The notes: generated by a model not told the origin, from the letters alone. A DNA stretch of 64,000 nt from an uncultured Bacteroides sp. (GCA_944322275.1 CALUOV010000001.1:34779-98778), one strand, 5' to 3'; positions 1 through 10,155 are shown, counted from the stretch's first letter. Made by a program: numbers and translations.

Positions 1-494
1 GTAGCCATTTCTTTTCCCTTAAACCACTTGGCTATGATTTTTGTAACAGTTATACCTGCGACTTCAGCTCCCACGCCAAAAATAGAATAACCCACAAAAG
101 CGACAAATACCCCCGTCTTATAACCAAAGAATGAACTCTGACCAAAAAGTTGTGCATCGGGGCCTGCTAAACCCGTCATAGCATAATATTCTAAGGTCGT
201 ACCGCCAACCATTAAAATAGTAGCCAATTTCCCTGTAAAGCGAATCCCAAAGCGATCAAGAATCAACCCGCCCCATATCAACATCAGGAAAAATACATTC
301 AGAAAGCTATAACCGCCTGTATAAAAACCGAAATCAGAACTGGACCACGACAAATCGGCTTCCAGCATCGATTTCAACGGAGCTACCACATCATTCACAT
401 AATAAGCAGCCATCATCGTAAAGGCTACCACAAACAAAGCACCCCAACGAGTAGCTTTGGAATCGCTCAATTTTTGTTTATGTTGTTCAGTCAT
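1..494 (-). CDS. MFS transporter (5' part; runs off window start)
   Basis: Manual translation from ATG at 494 gives MTEQHKQKLSDSKATRWGALFVVAFTMMAAYY...GGLILDRFGIR (MFS motif A-like) with several hydrophobic helices; the frame is open to the window edge. Confidence 0.85.
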   Translation of the reverse strand, partial: MTEQHKQKLSDSKATRWGALFVVAFTMMAAYYVNDVVAPLKSMLEADLSWSSSDFGFYTGGYSFLNVFFLMLIWGGLILDRFGIRFTGKLATILMVGGTTLEYYAMTGLAGPDAQLFGQSSFFGYKTGVFVAFVGYSIFGVGAEVAGITVTKIIAKWFKGKEMA

Positions 495-505
495 ATTTTT
501 TTCAA

Positions 506-545
506 TAAAAAAGGCCACCTCTTCTTGAAGATGTGAGGCAGCCTT
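506..545 (-). terminator. Intrinsic terminator downstream of secG
   Basis: Minus-strand stem aaggctgcctc/gaggtggcctt with two G-U pairs, followed by a T-run. Confidence 0.75.
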
Positions 546-585
546 ATACTTTTAATTATCAAATAGGAATCATCCCTTCCAATCA

Positions 586-957
586 TTAATTAGCTGCAGA
601 ATCAGCGGCAGCGGGAACAGTTGTAGCAGGAACATCTGTCTGCGGTGCTGCTGTACCGATAGGCATATTATACGGATTGGTTGCCTCTTGCTGTTGAGCC
701 TGCTCCATAATGACATCTTCAGCACCTGAAGTAGCCGAAGGAAGTGCATAAGCCGCTACAATACTAAACACCACCATCGCGGCAGCCAACGTCCACGTAG
801 TCTTTTCCAAGAAATCAGTAGTTTTACGTACACCCATAATTTGGTTGGATGAAGAGAAACCAGAAGCCAATCCGCCTCCTTTAGAATTTTGAATCAACAC
901 AATGAAGCACATCAATACGGATGCAAGCAACATCAAGATAGTTAATAATAAATACAT
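586..957 (-). CDS. secG: Preprotein translocase subunit SecG
   Basis: VLIQNSKGGGL...GVRKTTDFLEKTTW signature and two TM helices. Confidence 0.95.
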   Translation of the reverse strand: MYLLLTILMLLASVLMCFIVLIQNSKGGGLASGFSSSNQIMGVRKTTDFLEKTTWTLAAAMVVFSIVAAYALPSATSGAEDVIMEQAQQQEATNPYNMPIGTAAPQTDVPATTVPAAADSAAN

Positions 958-963
958 TTTTCG

Positions 964-1791
964 TTATTTTGATTTAGCGTTAATAATCAATTTCTCCAAA
1001 AATCTGATTTGGTCTGCAAAGTAAGCATTTTTTTTTGGATAATTCAAACTTAATTTTTTAATAATTTCAAGTGCCTTCTCATATCGGTGTTGTTTAATGT
1101 ATATTTTGGCTAAAGTTTCCGTAAAACAGCTATCCTCAAAACCTTCTTCCCCGGTTATGTTCGTGGAAACGCCGTCCGTGTCTCTCGTTTTTTCTTCTTC
1201 CAGACTGTTATTCGTTTCATTCAAAGGAAATTCCTTATTCTGAACAAAAGAAGTTGCTCCATCTTCTCTCAAGGGCACAATGGATGCCTCGTTTGCCGTA
1301 TGGTTTAAAAATCCGTCTATCAACTCTTGGCCGCGCAACTTTACTTCATTATTCGCCGTCTCCGTTTCTTCACTGTCTTGTAACAGATACGCCGTATAAT
1401 CCATGGACAAATCCATTGGCACCGTTTGACTTTGTTGGTACTCTTGGGGCATGGACGCTAAAAAAGCATCTATTAAAAATAAAGTTCGGTCTACACCTGG
1501 CTCTTCAGCCATATCCTGCATCGGTATTGTAACCGAGTTATGTGGCTTTAGAATATAATGATCACCTTCTATTAAAGTGAAGAGCAAACGACGGTCAGCC
1601 ACATAAAGCACAGCTTTACGTAATTCTGCTCCAAAACTAATATCATGCAACAAATATAAATTCTTCAGATAGAGTAAATGCAAAGACTGAAAATACGGAT
1701 AGCGTGCCACCAACGTACGCAACTCGTACAAACTGTCTCTATCCAACAATTCAGGATGCTGAATCCACTGTTGTATTTGGGCTGAAGTCAT
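964..1791 (-). CDS. Conserved Bacteroidetes TPR-like protein
   Basis: C-terminal FTETLAKIYIKQ..YEKALEII..LSLNYPKK..YFADQIRFL; usual position between lptE and secG. Confidence 0.75.
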   Translation of the reverse strand: MTSAQIQQWIQHPELLDRDSLYELRTLVARYPYFQSLHLLYLKNLYLLHDISFGAELRKAVLYVADRRLLFTLIEGDHYILKPHNSVTIPMQDMAEEPGVDRTLFLIDAFLASMPQEYQQSQTVPMDLSMDYTAYLLQDSEETETANNEVKLRGQELIDGFLNHTANEASIVPLREDGATSFVQNKEFPLNETNNSLEEEKTRDTDGVSTNITGEEGFEDSCFTETLAKIYIKQHRYEKALEIIKKLSLNYPKKNAYFADQIRFLEKLIINAKSK

Positions 1792-1798
1792 ATATGCA

Positions 1799-2323
1799 TT
1801 ACCAATTTGCTACAGTAGCATTAAAAATTTGCTCGGTGATGTCATCTATCATAACCGATATCAGTTGATCTTGTACATCAGTCAACAACTGCGTAGACTC
1901 ATATGTTTGAAAAGCCGAGAATTGCTGTTCAAAATCTTCTTCATGGTTCGTGTTGTTGGTGTAACGTACATTCACCGTCAATGTAACCTTTACCTTTGAA
2001 GCGTAACCACTGGCGTCTACCGATTCGTTGTACTGATTATAACCGGTGATTTCACCGTCTATATCCAAATCACCGCCCGTATTTACAACCTGTAAACGGG
2101 TTTGCTGAATGAACATATCTTTCAACTCTTGATTAAATTGCACAGCCAAAGGCGCATACACATATTCCGCCCGATTAGGAAAATTGGCAATGGAAATGGT
2201 TTTTACCTTTGAATAATCAATGGAGCTGATAGGTGCCAATCCTAATGAGATGCGGCAGGAATACACTACAAAAGCCACACAAGCCAAAGCCGCCACTACT
2301 GATAACCTTCTAATCCAACCCAT
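1799..2323 (-). CDS. lptE: LptE-family LPS assembly lipoprotein
   Basis: Lipoprotein-type signal (VVYSC), 174 aa, ends IFNATVANW as in Bacteroidetes LptE-like proteins. Confidence 0.75.
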   Translation of the reverse strand: MGWIRRLSVVAALACVAFVVYSCRISLGLAPISSIDYSKVKTISIANFPNRAEYVYAPLAVQFNQELKDMFIQQTRLQVVNTGGDLDIDGEITGYNQYNESVDASGYASKVKVTLTVNVRYTNNTNHEEDFEQQFSAFQTYESTQLLTDVQDQLISVMIDDITEQIFNATVANW

Positions 2324-3581
2324 ACGCTTTGATCTTTCTATATAAAGTACGTTCAGAGATATTCAAATCCTGTGCGGTATCTTTCCGCTTACCATGATGT
2401 TTCTCCAATGTTTTACGAATCATTTCTTTCTCTGCCTCTTCCAGCGACATGGTTTCTTCCACATATTCTTCCGTGTCCTGTATGTCATCCTCTACTGTAG
2501 GCGAATGGTGTACAGTGGAGGAAGGTTGTGCCGTCTGGTGAATGATAGTAGGCACATTCGGACCCACAGGAGATGTTGATATCAATTCTGAAGGAGAGGA
2601 ATAATATGGTTGAGCAGAGAGGGAAGAAACGCGATTTCCCGTTCCTCGCTCAGCCATAATCTCATTCACCAATTTCTTCAGCTCTGTCACATCCCGGCGC
2701 ATGTCGAAAAGCACCTGATAAAGTATCTCACGCTCACTCTCAAAACTTTTGGCATCCTTTCCGCCTGATAGAACCGGTAAACGCTGCACATTATTCTGAG
2801 GCAGATAAGTTTTCAGTATAACCGCATTGATTTCACGGTTGGTCTCAATGATAGAAATCTGCTCCGTAATGTTTTTCAACTGACGCACATTGCCCGGCCA
2901 TGAGTAATTTAACAAAAGCTGACGAGCATCTTCAGTCAACTGAATAGCCGGCATGTGATATTTCTCGGCAAAGTCGGACGCGAACTTACGGAACAACAAT
3001 ACGACATCCTCCCCCCGTTCACGTAAAGGAGGGACCTGGATGGGAACCGTATTCAAGCGATAATAAAGATCCTCCCGAAAACGACCGTCAGCGATAGCCT
3101 GTGTAAGATTAACGTTCGTTGCCGCTACAATACGCACATCCGTCTTTTCAACCTTAGAGGAACCAACCATTATGAACTCACCACTCTCCAGCACACGGAG
3201 CAGACGAGCCTGAGTGGGTAACGGCAACTCTCCTACTTCATCCAAAAAGATGGTTCCACCATTCGCCTCACCGAAATAGCCTTTCCGTTCACTGATGGCT
3301 CCTGTAAAAGCTCCCTTTTCATGACCGAAAAGTTCGGAGTCAATGGTTCCTTCAGGAATGGCGCCACAATTCACGGCTATGTACTGCCCATGCTTACGAC
3401 GGCTATACTGATGGATAATCTGCGGAAAGCTTTCCTTACCTACACCACTTTCTCCGGTTATCAGTACAGACAAATCGGTAGGAGCTACCTGCATGGCGAT
3501 GTCAATCCCACGCAACAAGGTATCATTATTACCTATAATACCGAAACGCAACTTGACCTGCTGTATCTCCGCTTTTGTCAT
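2310..3581 (-). CDS. Sigma-54-interacting AAA+ transcriptional regulator with Fis HTH, no receiver domain
   Basis: GESGVGKE Walker A, GAFTGA loop, FLDEVGE Walker B, C-terminal HTH (ISERTLYRKIK). Confidence 0.92.
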   Translation of the reverse strand: MTKAEIQQVKLRFGIIGNNDTLLRGIDIAMQVAPTDLSVLITGESGVGKESFPQIIHQYSRRKHGQYIAVNCGAIPEGTIDSELFGHEKGAFTGAISERKGYFGEANGGTIFLDEVGELPLPTQARLLRVLESGEFIMVGSSKVEKTDVRIVAATNVNLTQAIADGRFREDLYYRLNTVPIQVPPLRERGEDVVLLFRKFASDFAEKYHMPAIQLTEDARQLLLNYSWPGNVRQLKNITEQISIIETNREINAVILKTYLPQNNVQRLPVLSGGKDAKSFESEREILYQVLFDMRRDVTELKKLVNEIMAERGTGNRVSSLSAQPYYSSPSELISTSPVGPNVPTIIHQTAQPSSTVHHSPTVEDDIQDTEEYVEETMSLEEAEKEMIRKTLEKHHGKRKDTAQDLNISERTLYRKIKAYGLD

Positions 3582-3583
3582 AT

Positions 3584-4681
3584 TTATAAGTCTTCTTCTA
3601 CGCTGTCCAATTTCAATTTATCGCTATCATCCCGCTTCTCGTAATATTGCTTACGCAACGGATTAACCCGCGCTATCCGCTCCCGTTGGCGATTACGAAA
3701 CACATCAATAGCCACATAAATAGCCTGACGGAAAGAATCTTCCGAAGCGACTCCCTTCCCGGCTATGTCATATGCCGTACCATGAGCGGGTGATGTACGT
3801 ACCACGGGAAGACCGGCCGTATAGTTTACACCTTCATCCATCGCCAACGCCTTGAAAGGTGCCAATCCCTGATCGTGATACATAGCCAGAATGCCATCGA
3901 AACGCGTATAATTACCCGAGCCCATGAAACCATCGGCTGGATAAGGACCGAAGCAAAAGATGCCTTGCGCTCTCATTTCCTCTATAGCCGGTTGTATGAT
4001 TTCTTGTTCTTCCGTCCCCAGCAAACCTTCATCGCCCGCATGAGGATTCAACGAGAGCACCGCAATACGAGGGGCACCAATGGCAAAATCCTGTTTCAAG
4101 GAGTTATTGAATATCGTTATTTTTTCCTCTATCAGTTCCTTGGTAAGGGTGGAAGCAATCTTGCTCACCGGTATATGCCCTGTCACCAACGCTACCCGAA
4201 AATCATCTTTCATTAAAATCATCAATGCTTTCTGCCCATTGCCCAACGCATTCTCCAAAAACTCCGTATGTCCGGGGAAACTGAACTCCTCCGACTGAAT
4301 GGTGTGCTTATTGATAGGAGCTGTCACCAGGACATCTATCAGCCCCTTCTTATATTCCTCCACCGCTTTCTCCAAGGCCTCTAATGCGGCTCGTCCTCCC
4401 TCTTCCGTAGGTTTTGAAAGCTCTACTTTCACCTCATCCGCATTGCAATTCACTATACTCAAGCGGTCAGGCTCAGCATCTTTGGCCGAATTGATTATAC
4501 TGAAGTTTGTCGGCAAATCAAGCGCCTTACGGTGATAAGCCGCTACTTTAGGCGAACCATATACAATCGGCGTACATAGCTCAAACATGGCCGGTTCGGC
4601 AAAAGTCTTCAATATCACTTCATAACCGATACCATTGACATCCCCTTGGGTGATGCCCACTCTTATCTTATGATTTTCCAT
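3584..4681 (-). CDS. pdxA: 4-hydroxythreonine-4-phosphate dehydrogenase
   Basis: GITQGDVNGIG, TAPINK, GHTEF, LNPHAG, AMYHDQG, RTSPAHGTA motifs. Confidence 0.95.
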   Translation of the reverse strand: MENHKIRVGITQGDVNGIGYEVILKTFAEPAMFELCTPIVYGSPKVAAYHRKALDLPTNFSIINSAKDAEPDRLSIVNCNADEVKVELSKPTEEGGRAALEALEKAVEEYKKGLIDVLVTAPINKHTIQSEEFSFPGHTEFLENALGNGQKALMILMKDDFRVALVTGHIPVSKIASTLTKELIEEKITIFNNSLKQDFAIGAPRIAVLSLNPHAGDEGLLGTEEQEIIQPAIEEMRAQGIFCFGPYPADGFMGSGNYTRFDGILAMYHDQGLAPFKALAMDEGVNYTAGLPVVRTSPAHGTAYDIAGKGVASEDSFRQAIYVAIDVFRNRQRERIARVNPLRKQYYEKRDDSDKLKLDSVEEDL

Positions 4682-4743
4682 TATCTTATATGTGGATTTT
4701 TAGGATATTCTTTTTCAAGTCCCGGTATTTCTATCATCTCCTT

Positions 4744-4760
4744 GTCTTTAGTCTTTAGTC
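4744..4760. repeat. 7-bp tandem repeat (GTCTTTA, about 2.4 copies) containing the stop codon of the DUF4837-like gene
   Basis: gtcttta gtcttta gtc read directly. Confidence 0.9.
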
Positions 4761-5782
4761 TCTATCTGCACCGTATCCTTGGCTGCACGAGGCAGACGTA
4801 CCGTGTAAAGCGAGGCTTCCATCTGGCGTATCAGGTTACGCTTCATCTTGTCCGGAGAATAAACAAAGACTTCGGACACTACAACCTGCTGGTTTACCGT
4901 ATCCAGGCGCATGTGCGACACAAACGGGCCACCCATAAAATCATTCTTGATACGCCACAACCCACGGGCTTCCAACGCATACTTATTCTGTACGGCAATA
5001 GGCTTCACGCTGGTAAATAAGGTATCCGTAGTCATGTACATACCTTCGCGTGCACCGGGTATATTGATTTTCATCACGGAGTCGCGTTTGTGCAAAAAGA
5101 AATCTTTGGTAAATGTCTTCGGGTCTGTATAAGGGAATGAATATATCACGAAGTTTTGGTCACCCGTGGCCGTATTCGTACCCGCCCAGAAAAAGTGGTC
5201 GCCGGCTTTGTGTGAGGAAAGCCCTCCAGGCACCCACACTTCGCAACCAAACATATTCTTCACTTCTGTATATACATAATTATTATAGCTATTCTCCAAC
5301 ACCCTCATTTGCCGGTTCATTTCGGCACGGGTAAAGAAATTGACGATAGCCTGACTATGCTGGGTGACATACTCGCCAAACGATTTTTCATCGGGGGCCT
5401 GTATGGTCAGCACCGCCTGCGGATTAGCATACACATTATACTCATACGTCATCTTGGGTTGCGTGTATATATCACTCACCTTGACTTCCACAATGTTACG
5501 AATCAATTTGAGCGTAGCATCATAGTAGGTAGGATCTGTAAACATTACGCGGAAGGAGGGCTCCGATTGGGGCAGACCGGGGACGTCTGCCTTGAGCACA
5601 TCATTAAGAGCCCGTCCGGCAGGGCGTTCCCACATCTGTTGGTCTATCACTACTAACAACTCATACGCATTGCCGCTGGAGGTTGTGGCAAACACACCTT
5701 TGCTGCCTTTCTTACCCGAACAGGACGAAAGCATCAGCACCAAGAAGATACTGAGGTAAAGAAAATGTTTCATTATATTCAA
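4748..5782 (-). CDS. DUF4837-like lipoprotein, C-terminus apparently shortened by a 7-bp duplication
   Basis: Lipobox LSSC, EARGLW...MGGPF motif, usual position between rlmN and pdxA. Confidence 0.75.
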   Translation of the reverse strand: MNIMKHFLYLSIFLVLMLSSCSGKKGSKGVFATTSSGNAYELLVVIDQQMWERPAGRALNDVLKADVPGLPQSEPSFRVMFTDPTYYDATLKLIRNIVEVKVSDIYTQPKMTYEYNVYANPQAVLTIQAPDEKSFGEYVTQHSQAIVNFFTRAEMNRQMRVLENSYNNYVYTEVKNMFGCEVWVPGGLSSHKAGDHFFWAGTNTATGDQNFVIYSFPYTDPKTFTKDFFLHKRDSVMKINIPGAREGMYMTTDTLFTSVKPIAVQNKYALEARGLWRIKNDFMGGPFVSHMRLDTVNQQVVVSEVFVYSPDKMKRNLIRQMEASLYTVRLPRAAKDTVQIETKD

Positions 5783-5813
5783 TTTTTATCGTTATAACGC
5801 TATTATATTTTTA

Positions 5814-5821
5814 CAAAGCTA
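5814..5821 (-). promoter_or_regulatory. Bacteroidetes -7 promoter box
   Basis: TAGCTTTG on the minus strand about 30 bp upstream of the start at 5782. Confidence 0.6.
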
Positions 5822-5854
5822 CGAAGAATGACTTTATCCTCCATATCAATTATA

Positions 5855-6889
5855 TTAATTCTTGTTATTCGCTTCTTGTTTAGCCGTGGAAAGCATACCG
5901 CACGCGGCGAAAATATCTTCTCCACGGGAGGCACGAATAGTGGCAAACAATCCGTGCGAAGTAAGATAATCGCGGAAACGCACCATCGTCTCCATGTCCG
6001 TCCCTTCCAAATCGACATTCGGGATAGCGTGAAAACGGATCAGATTCACCCGGCAATCCAACCCGCGCAACAATTTCAATAGCTCCTTGGCATGAGGCAA
6101 GGCATCATTCACTCCTTTGAACAGAATGTATTCAAAGGAAAGACGGCGTTGCTTGCTGAAATCATAGCCACGCAGCAAGTCCACAACTTCCGTAATGGGA
6201 AAGCTTCGCTCAGCAGGCATCAACGCGAGTCTTTGCGAAGGGATAGGCGAATGCAAGCTGACGGCCAAGTGGCAATCACTTTCTTCGATGAAGCGTTTCA
6301 ACCCTTTGCGCACACCTACAGTGGAAAGAGTCACACGTTTAGGACTCCAGGCATAGCCATAAGGAGCGGTCATTATCTCCATCGCCTTCAGGACCTCGTC
6401 CACATTATCCAGCGGTTCGCCCATACCCATCATCACTACATTGGTCAGTCTGTCACGCTCAGGCAGCGAATTAATCTGGTTAATGATTTGTCCGGCAGTC
6501 AGATTGGCCGTAAAGCCCTGCTTGCCCGTCATGCAGAACTTGCAGCCCATCCTACACCCGACCTGTGAGGATACGCACAACGTAGCCCTGTCTTCTTCCG
6601 GAATATATACAGACTCCACAAAATGGTTGTCGCCCACCCGATAGAGATACTTCACCGTACCGTCCACCGAGCGCATGGCCTCCATCGGCGGACATGCACC
6701 GATCTCATAAGCCTCCTTCAATGCCTCTCGGTGCTTTAGCGAGAGATTGGTCATCTCGTCAATAGCGGTCACTTTCTTCGTGTAGAGCCAAGCCGCTATC
6801 TGCTTAGCCGCAAAAGCGGGCATACCTAAGTTTTTCACCAAATCTTGAAGTTCGTGTAGCGTTCGTCCTAAAAGGGGTTGTTTCTGCAT
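5855..6889 (-). CDS. rlmN: 23S rRNA (A2503-C2) methyltransferase RlmN, radical SAM
   Basis: CVSSQVGCRMGCKFC, MGMGEP, DIFAACGML. Confidence 0.96.
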   Translation of the reverse strand: MQKQPLLGRTLHELQDLVKNLGMPAFAAKQIAAWLYTKKVTAIDEMTNLSLKHREALKEAYEIGACPPMEAMRSVDGTVKYLYRVGDNHFVESVYIPEEDRATLCVSSQVGCRMGCKFCMTGKQGFTANLTAGQIINQINSLPERDRLTNVVMMGMGEPLDNVDEVLKAMEIMTAPYGYAWSPKRVTLSTVGVRKGLKRFIEESDCHLAVSLHSPIPSQRLALMPAERSFPITEVVDLLRGYDFSKQRRLSFEYILFKGVNDALPHAKELLKLLRGLDCRVNLIRFHAIPNVDLEGTDMETMVRFRDYLTSHGLFATIRASRGEDIFAACGMLSTAKQEANNKN

Positions 6890-6914
6890 ATTCTCTGAAC
6901 TTTTTTTGTCCCTG

Positions 6915-6922
6915 CAAAGATA
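6915..6922 (-). promoter_or_regulatory. Bacteroidetes -7 promoter box for rlmN
   Basis: TATCTTTG on the minus strand 26 bp upstream of ATG. Confidence 0.65.
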
Positions 6923-7036
6923 AGCATAAAAAGCATATCATCTATACTTTAGGCGACATCTCATACGAACAAACTTATCACTTGCGCCTTATAAGCGGAA
7001 AAACGCCCTATATTTATGTAAAGACTTAGCTAAAAA

Positions 7037-7083
7037 TCCGGGGGATGTGTCTTTATTTCCATTTCTCTGACACATTCTCCGGA
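7037..7083. terminator. Hairpin downstream of the PhoH-family gene, probable terminator
   Basis: Imperfect 15-bp stem tccgggggatgtgtc / gacacattctccgga flanked by an A-run and a T-rich run. Confidence 0.55.
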
Positions 7084-7138
7084 CTTCTTTTATCCGAATA
7101 AACGGATTAACCGTTTTCGAAATCATAGCAAATCCCGC

Positions 7139-8464
7139 TTACATCAGGTTACTTGCCAGTTCGCTCAATTCACTACGTTCACCTTTCACCAAGTTGACAT
7201 GAGCAAAAAGTTTCTGGTCGCGCATGCGGTCTATCATGTAAACAAGGCCGTTGGACTGGCTGTCCAAATAAGGCTGGTCTATCTGTTGGATGTCACCCGT
7301 GAATACCATTTTGGTACCTTCACCCGCACGGGTGATGATGGTCTTTATCTCATGAGGAGTAAGGTTCTGCGCCTCATCAATGATACAATACGTCTCGCTC
7401 AAACTGCGTCCACGAATAAACGCCAAAGCCTCAATCACCAGTTGGTCACTCTTCTGCATGTCTTCCAGACGCTTCACTTCGCTGGAGTTAGTGGCGAACT
7501 GGTGCTTGATGACGTTCAGGTTATCAAACAACGGCTGCATGTAGGGAGCGACTTTCTCATTGGCATCACCAGGCAGGAAGCCGATGTCCTTGTTGGACAA
7601 GGCCACGATAGGACGAGCCAACAGAATCTGCTTGTAGTCGTTCATCTGCCTCAATGCGGCAGCCAAAGCCAAAAGCGTCTTTCCCGTACCGGCTTTTCCA
7701 GTCAAAGCGACCAACTTGATGTCAGGATCGTTCAGCACTTCAAAGGCAAAACTCTGCTCCGCATTGCGCGGCTCGATGCCGTAGTTCTTCATCTTGCTGA
7801 CCCTACGCACAGTATGACTGAACGGATTGTAGCGTGCCAGGACACTGTTACGGTCACTCTTAAGAATGAAGCACTCATTAGGATGAATGACATCCTTGAA
7901 AGGGAATTCGCTGATGTCGATGCCCTCATTCGAAGAATAAATGCGGTCAATCAAAGCCGGGTCTGTACCATCGAACACTTCGTTCGACTTTTCAAAGATG
8001 TCCACGTTGACTACTTTGTCATTGATGTAATCCTCACAAAGGATACCGATGGAACGGGCTTTCATACGCAAGTTGACATCCTTGGTCACGAGAATGGTCT
8101 TTGTCTTGGGATACTTCTCAGCCAGCCAGTCAGCCACTGCCAGAATCTGATGGTCCGGCTTACGCACAGGGAAAGAATTGTACACGCGTTCAGACTCCAC
8201 ATTGCCCGTCACGACAAATAACTTACCCAAGCCCTCACCCAAGGATGCGCCCTTAGTGAAAAGTTTATCATCGGTTATTTCATCCAGCTCACGGACAAAC
8301 TCACGGGCGTTGTAGTTGATCTGCTCATTGCCCTTCTTGAACTTGTCCAACTCTTCGAGTACAACAATGGGAAGATAAATATCATTCTCCTGGAAATTTT
8401 TCAGACATTTGTAGTCGTGCAAAATGACATTCGTGTCAATCACAAAATTTTTCTTTGCTCCCAT
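7139..8464 (-). CDS. PIN-domain PhoH-family ATPase (PhoH2/YlaK type)
   Basis: N-terminal PIN (FVIDTNVILHD, ELDKFK), GKAGTGKT Walker A, RGRS, IIDEAQN, GDIQQID. Confidence 0.92.
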   Translation of the reverse strand: MGAKKNFVIDTNVILHDYKCLKNFQENDIYLPIVVLEELDKFKKGNEQINYNAREFVRELDEITDDKLFTKGASLGEGLGKLFVVTGNVESERVYNSFPVRKPDHQILAVADWLAEKYPKTKTILVTKDVNLRMKARSIGILCEDYINDKVVNVDIFEKSNEVFDGTDPALIDRIYSSNEGIDISEFPFKDVIHPNECFILKSDRNSVLARYNPFSHTVRRVSKMKNYGIEPRNAEQSFAFEVLNDPDIKLVALTGKAGTGKTLLALAAALRQMNDYKQILLARPIVALSNKDIGFLPGDANEKVAPYMQPLFDNLNVIKHQFATNSSEVKRLEDMQKSDQLVIEALAFIRGRSLSETYCIIDEAQNLTPHEIKTIITRAGEGTKMVFTGDIQQIDQPYLDSQSNGLVYMIDRMRDQKLFAHVNLVKGERSELSELASNLM

Positions 8465-8559
8465 AACTCAATAGATTTAAAATAGTACGTATCTTTGTAT
8501 GCTAAAGGTAATAATTTTGCCGATAAAATAGATTTGTTTCCCGTTAAATATTTCAAAAG

Positions 8560-9813
8560 ATGGACTATCAGAATACTTTAGAATACCTATATAATAGTGC
8601 GCCCATGTTTCAGCAAGTGGGCGGGTCCGCTTACAAAGAAGGATTGGAGAATACACTCGCATTGGACGAACACTTCGGACACCCGCACCGGCGATATCGT
8701 ACCATCCACGTGGCGGGCACGAATGGCAAAGGTTCATGCTCGCATACACTGGCCGCTATTCTTCAAGAAGCCGGTTATCGGGTCGGACTATATACTTCAC
8801 CTCACTTAATAGATTTCCGCGAACGTATTCGTGTGAATGGAATTCCGGTGCCGGAAGAATATGTAATACGTTTCGTGGAGAAAGAACGGAGCTTCTTCGA
8901 ACCGCTTCATCCATCCTTCTTTGAACTGACCACAGCCATGGCTTTCCGCTATTTTGCAGATACCCAAGTAGATGTAGCTGTTATCGAAGTCGGGTTGGGC
9001 GGACGGTTGGATTGCACCAACATTATCCGACCGGATTTGTGCGTCATTACGAACATTAGCTTCGACCACGTCCAATTTTTAGGTGACACACTGCCAAAGA
9101 TTGCCAGCGAGAAAGCGGGCATTATCAAGACAGGCATACCAGTAGTAATAGGCGAAGCCACACCGGAAACCCGTCCTGTTTTTCAAGCCAAGGCGGAAGA
9201 AATGCATGCCCCCATCTATTTTGCCGAGGACTATGACCGCGAAGACTATCCAGGCATTGAACTTGAACTGAAAGGACTCTACCAGAAGAAGAACAAGCAG
9301 ACTTTGCTCACTGCTTTGCCCTTGCTAAAGGATGCGGGATACCATATCGATGGACAAGCGGTACGTAGCGGATTTGCACAGGTCACCCGACTGACCGGAC
9401 TCATGGGGCGTTGGCAAAAACTACAAGACTCCCCGACTCTCATCTGCGACACCGGTCACAATGTAGGAGGCATCCGCTATATCGTAGAGCAACTGAAAAA
9501 AGAGAAATACCACCGACTGCGCATCGTTATGGGTATGGTAAACGACAAAGATATCCGTGGCGTGCTGGCGCTGATGCCTAAAGATGCCGTCTACTATTTT
9601 ACCCAAGCCAGTGTAAAACGGGCTATGCCTGCCGATAAACTGAAAGAGCTGGCCAATGAAGCCAGCTTACAAGGCGAATATTATGCCGACGTGCCAAGTG
9701 CCGTAGATGCCGCCAGAAAAGAAAGCCTCCCGGAAGATTTCATCTTCGTGGGAGGCAGTAGCTTTATCGTAGCCGATCTGTTAGCGAACCGCGATGCACT
9801 CAATCTCCACTAA
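8560..9813 (+). CDS. folC: Folylpolyglutamate synthase / dihydrofolate synthase
   Basis: IHVAGTNGKGS, YTSPHL, EVGLGGRLDCTN, DTGHN. Confidence 0.95.
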   Translation: MDYQNTLEYLYNSAPMFQQVGGSAYKEGLENTLALDEHFGHPHRRYRTIHVAGTNGKGSCSHTLAAILQEAGYRVGLYTSPHLIDFRERIRVNGIPVPEEYVIRFVEKERSFFEPLHPSFFELTTAMAFRYFADTQVDVAVIEVGLGGRLDCTNIIRPDLCVITNISFDHVQFLGDTLPKIASEKAGIIKTGIPVVIGEATPETRPVFQAKAEEMHAPIYFAEDYDREDYPGIELELKGLYQKKNKQTLLTALPLLKDAGYHIDGQAVRSGFAQVTRLTGLMGRWQKLQDSPTLICDTGHNVGGIRYIVEQLKKEKYHRLRIVMGMVNDKDIRGVLALMPKDAVYYFTQASVKRAMPADKLKELANEASLQGEYYADVPSAVDAARKESLPEDFIFVGGSSFIVADLLANRDALNLH

Positions 9814-10155
9814 AGCATCCTTGGGAAGAGCTTTAACGGCTACCGCCGAACGCGCCGGACAATCACCTTCAAAATAGGTGGCATAAACGGCATTCATGTC
9901 AGCAAATAAGGACATGTCAGCCAGGAATACAGTGGTTTTTACGATATGCGCCATGCTCAATCCGGCTTCTTCCAGAATGTGCTTCACATTCTCCAATGAT
10001 TGGCGTGCCTGATCCGCTACACCTTCAGGCATCACCCCCGTAGCCCCGTCAATAGGCAACTGGCCCGATACGAACACCATTCCTCCGGCTTCAATAGCCT
10101 GACTATAAGGTCCGATGGCACCGGGTGCCTTCGGACTGCAAATGACTTTCTTCAT
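9781..10155 (-). CDS. ridA: RidA-family reactive intermediate deaminase
   Basis: IGPYSQA, VSGQLP, PARSAV, LVEIECIA. Confidence 0.92.
   Translation of the reverse strand: MKKVICSPKAPGAIGPYSQAIEAGGMVFVSGQLPIDGATGVMPEGVADQARQSLENVKHILEEAGLSMAHIVKTTVFLADMSLFADMNAVYATYFEGDCPARSAVAVKALPKDALVEIECIAVR

Noticed and set aside
7199-8221. 340-aa plus-strand ORF, and similar long ORFs at 16658-17650, 40296-41210 and 43752-44711
   Set aside because: Each lies antisense to a well-supported gene (PhoH-family, dnaN, ABC exporter, murB) and has no recognisable motif; these are codon-bias shadows
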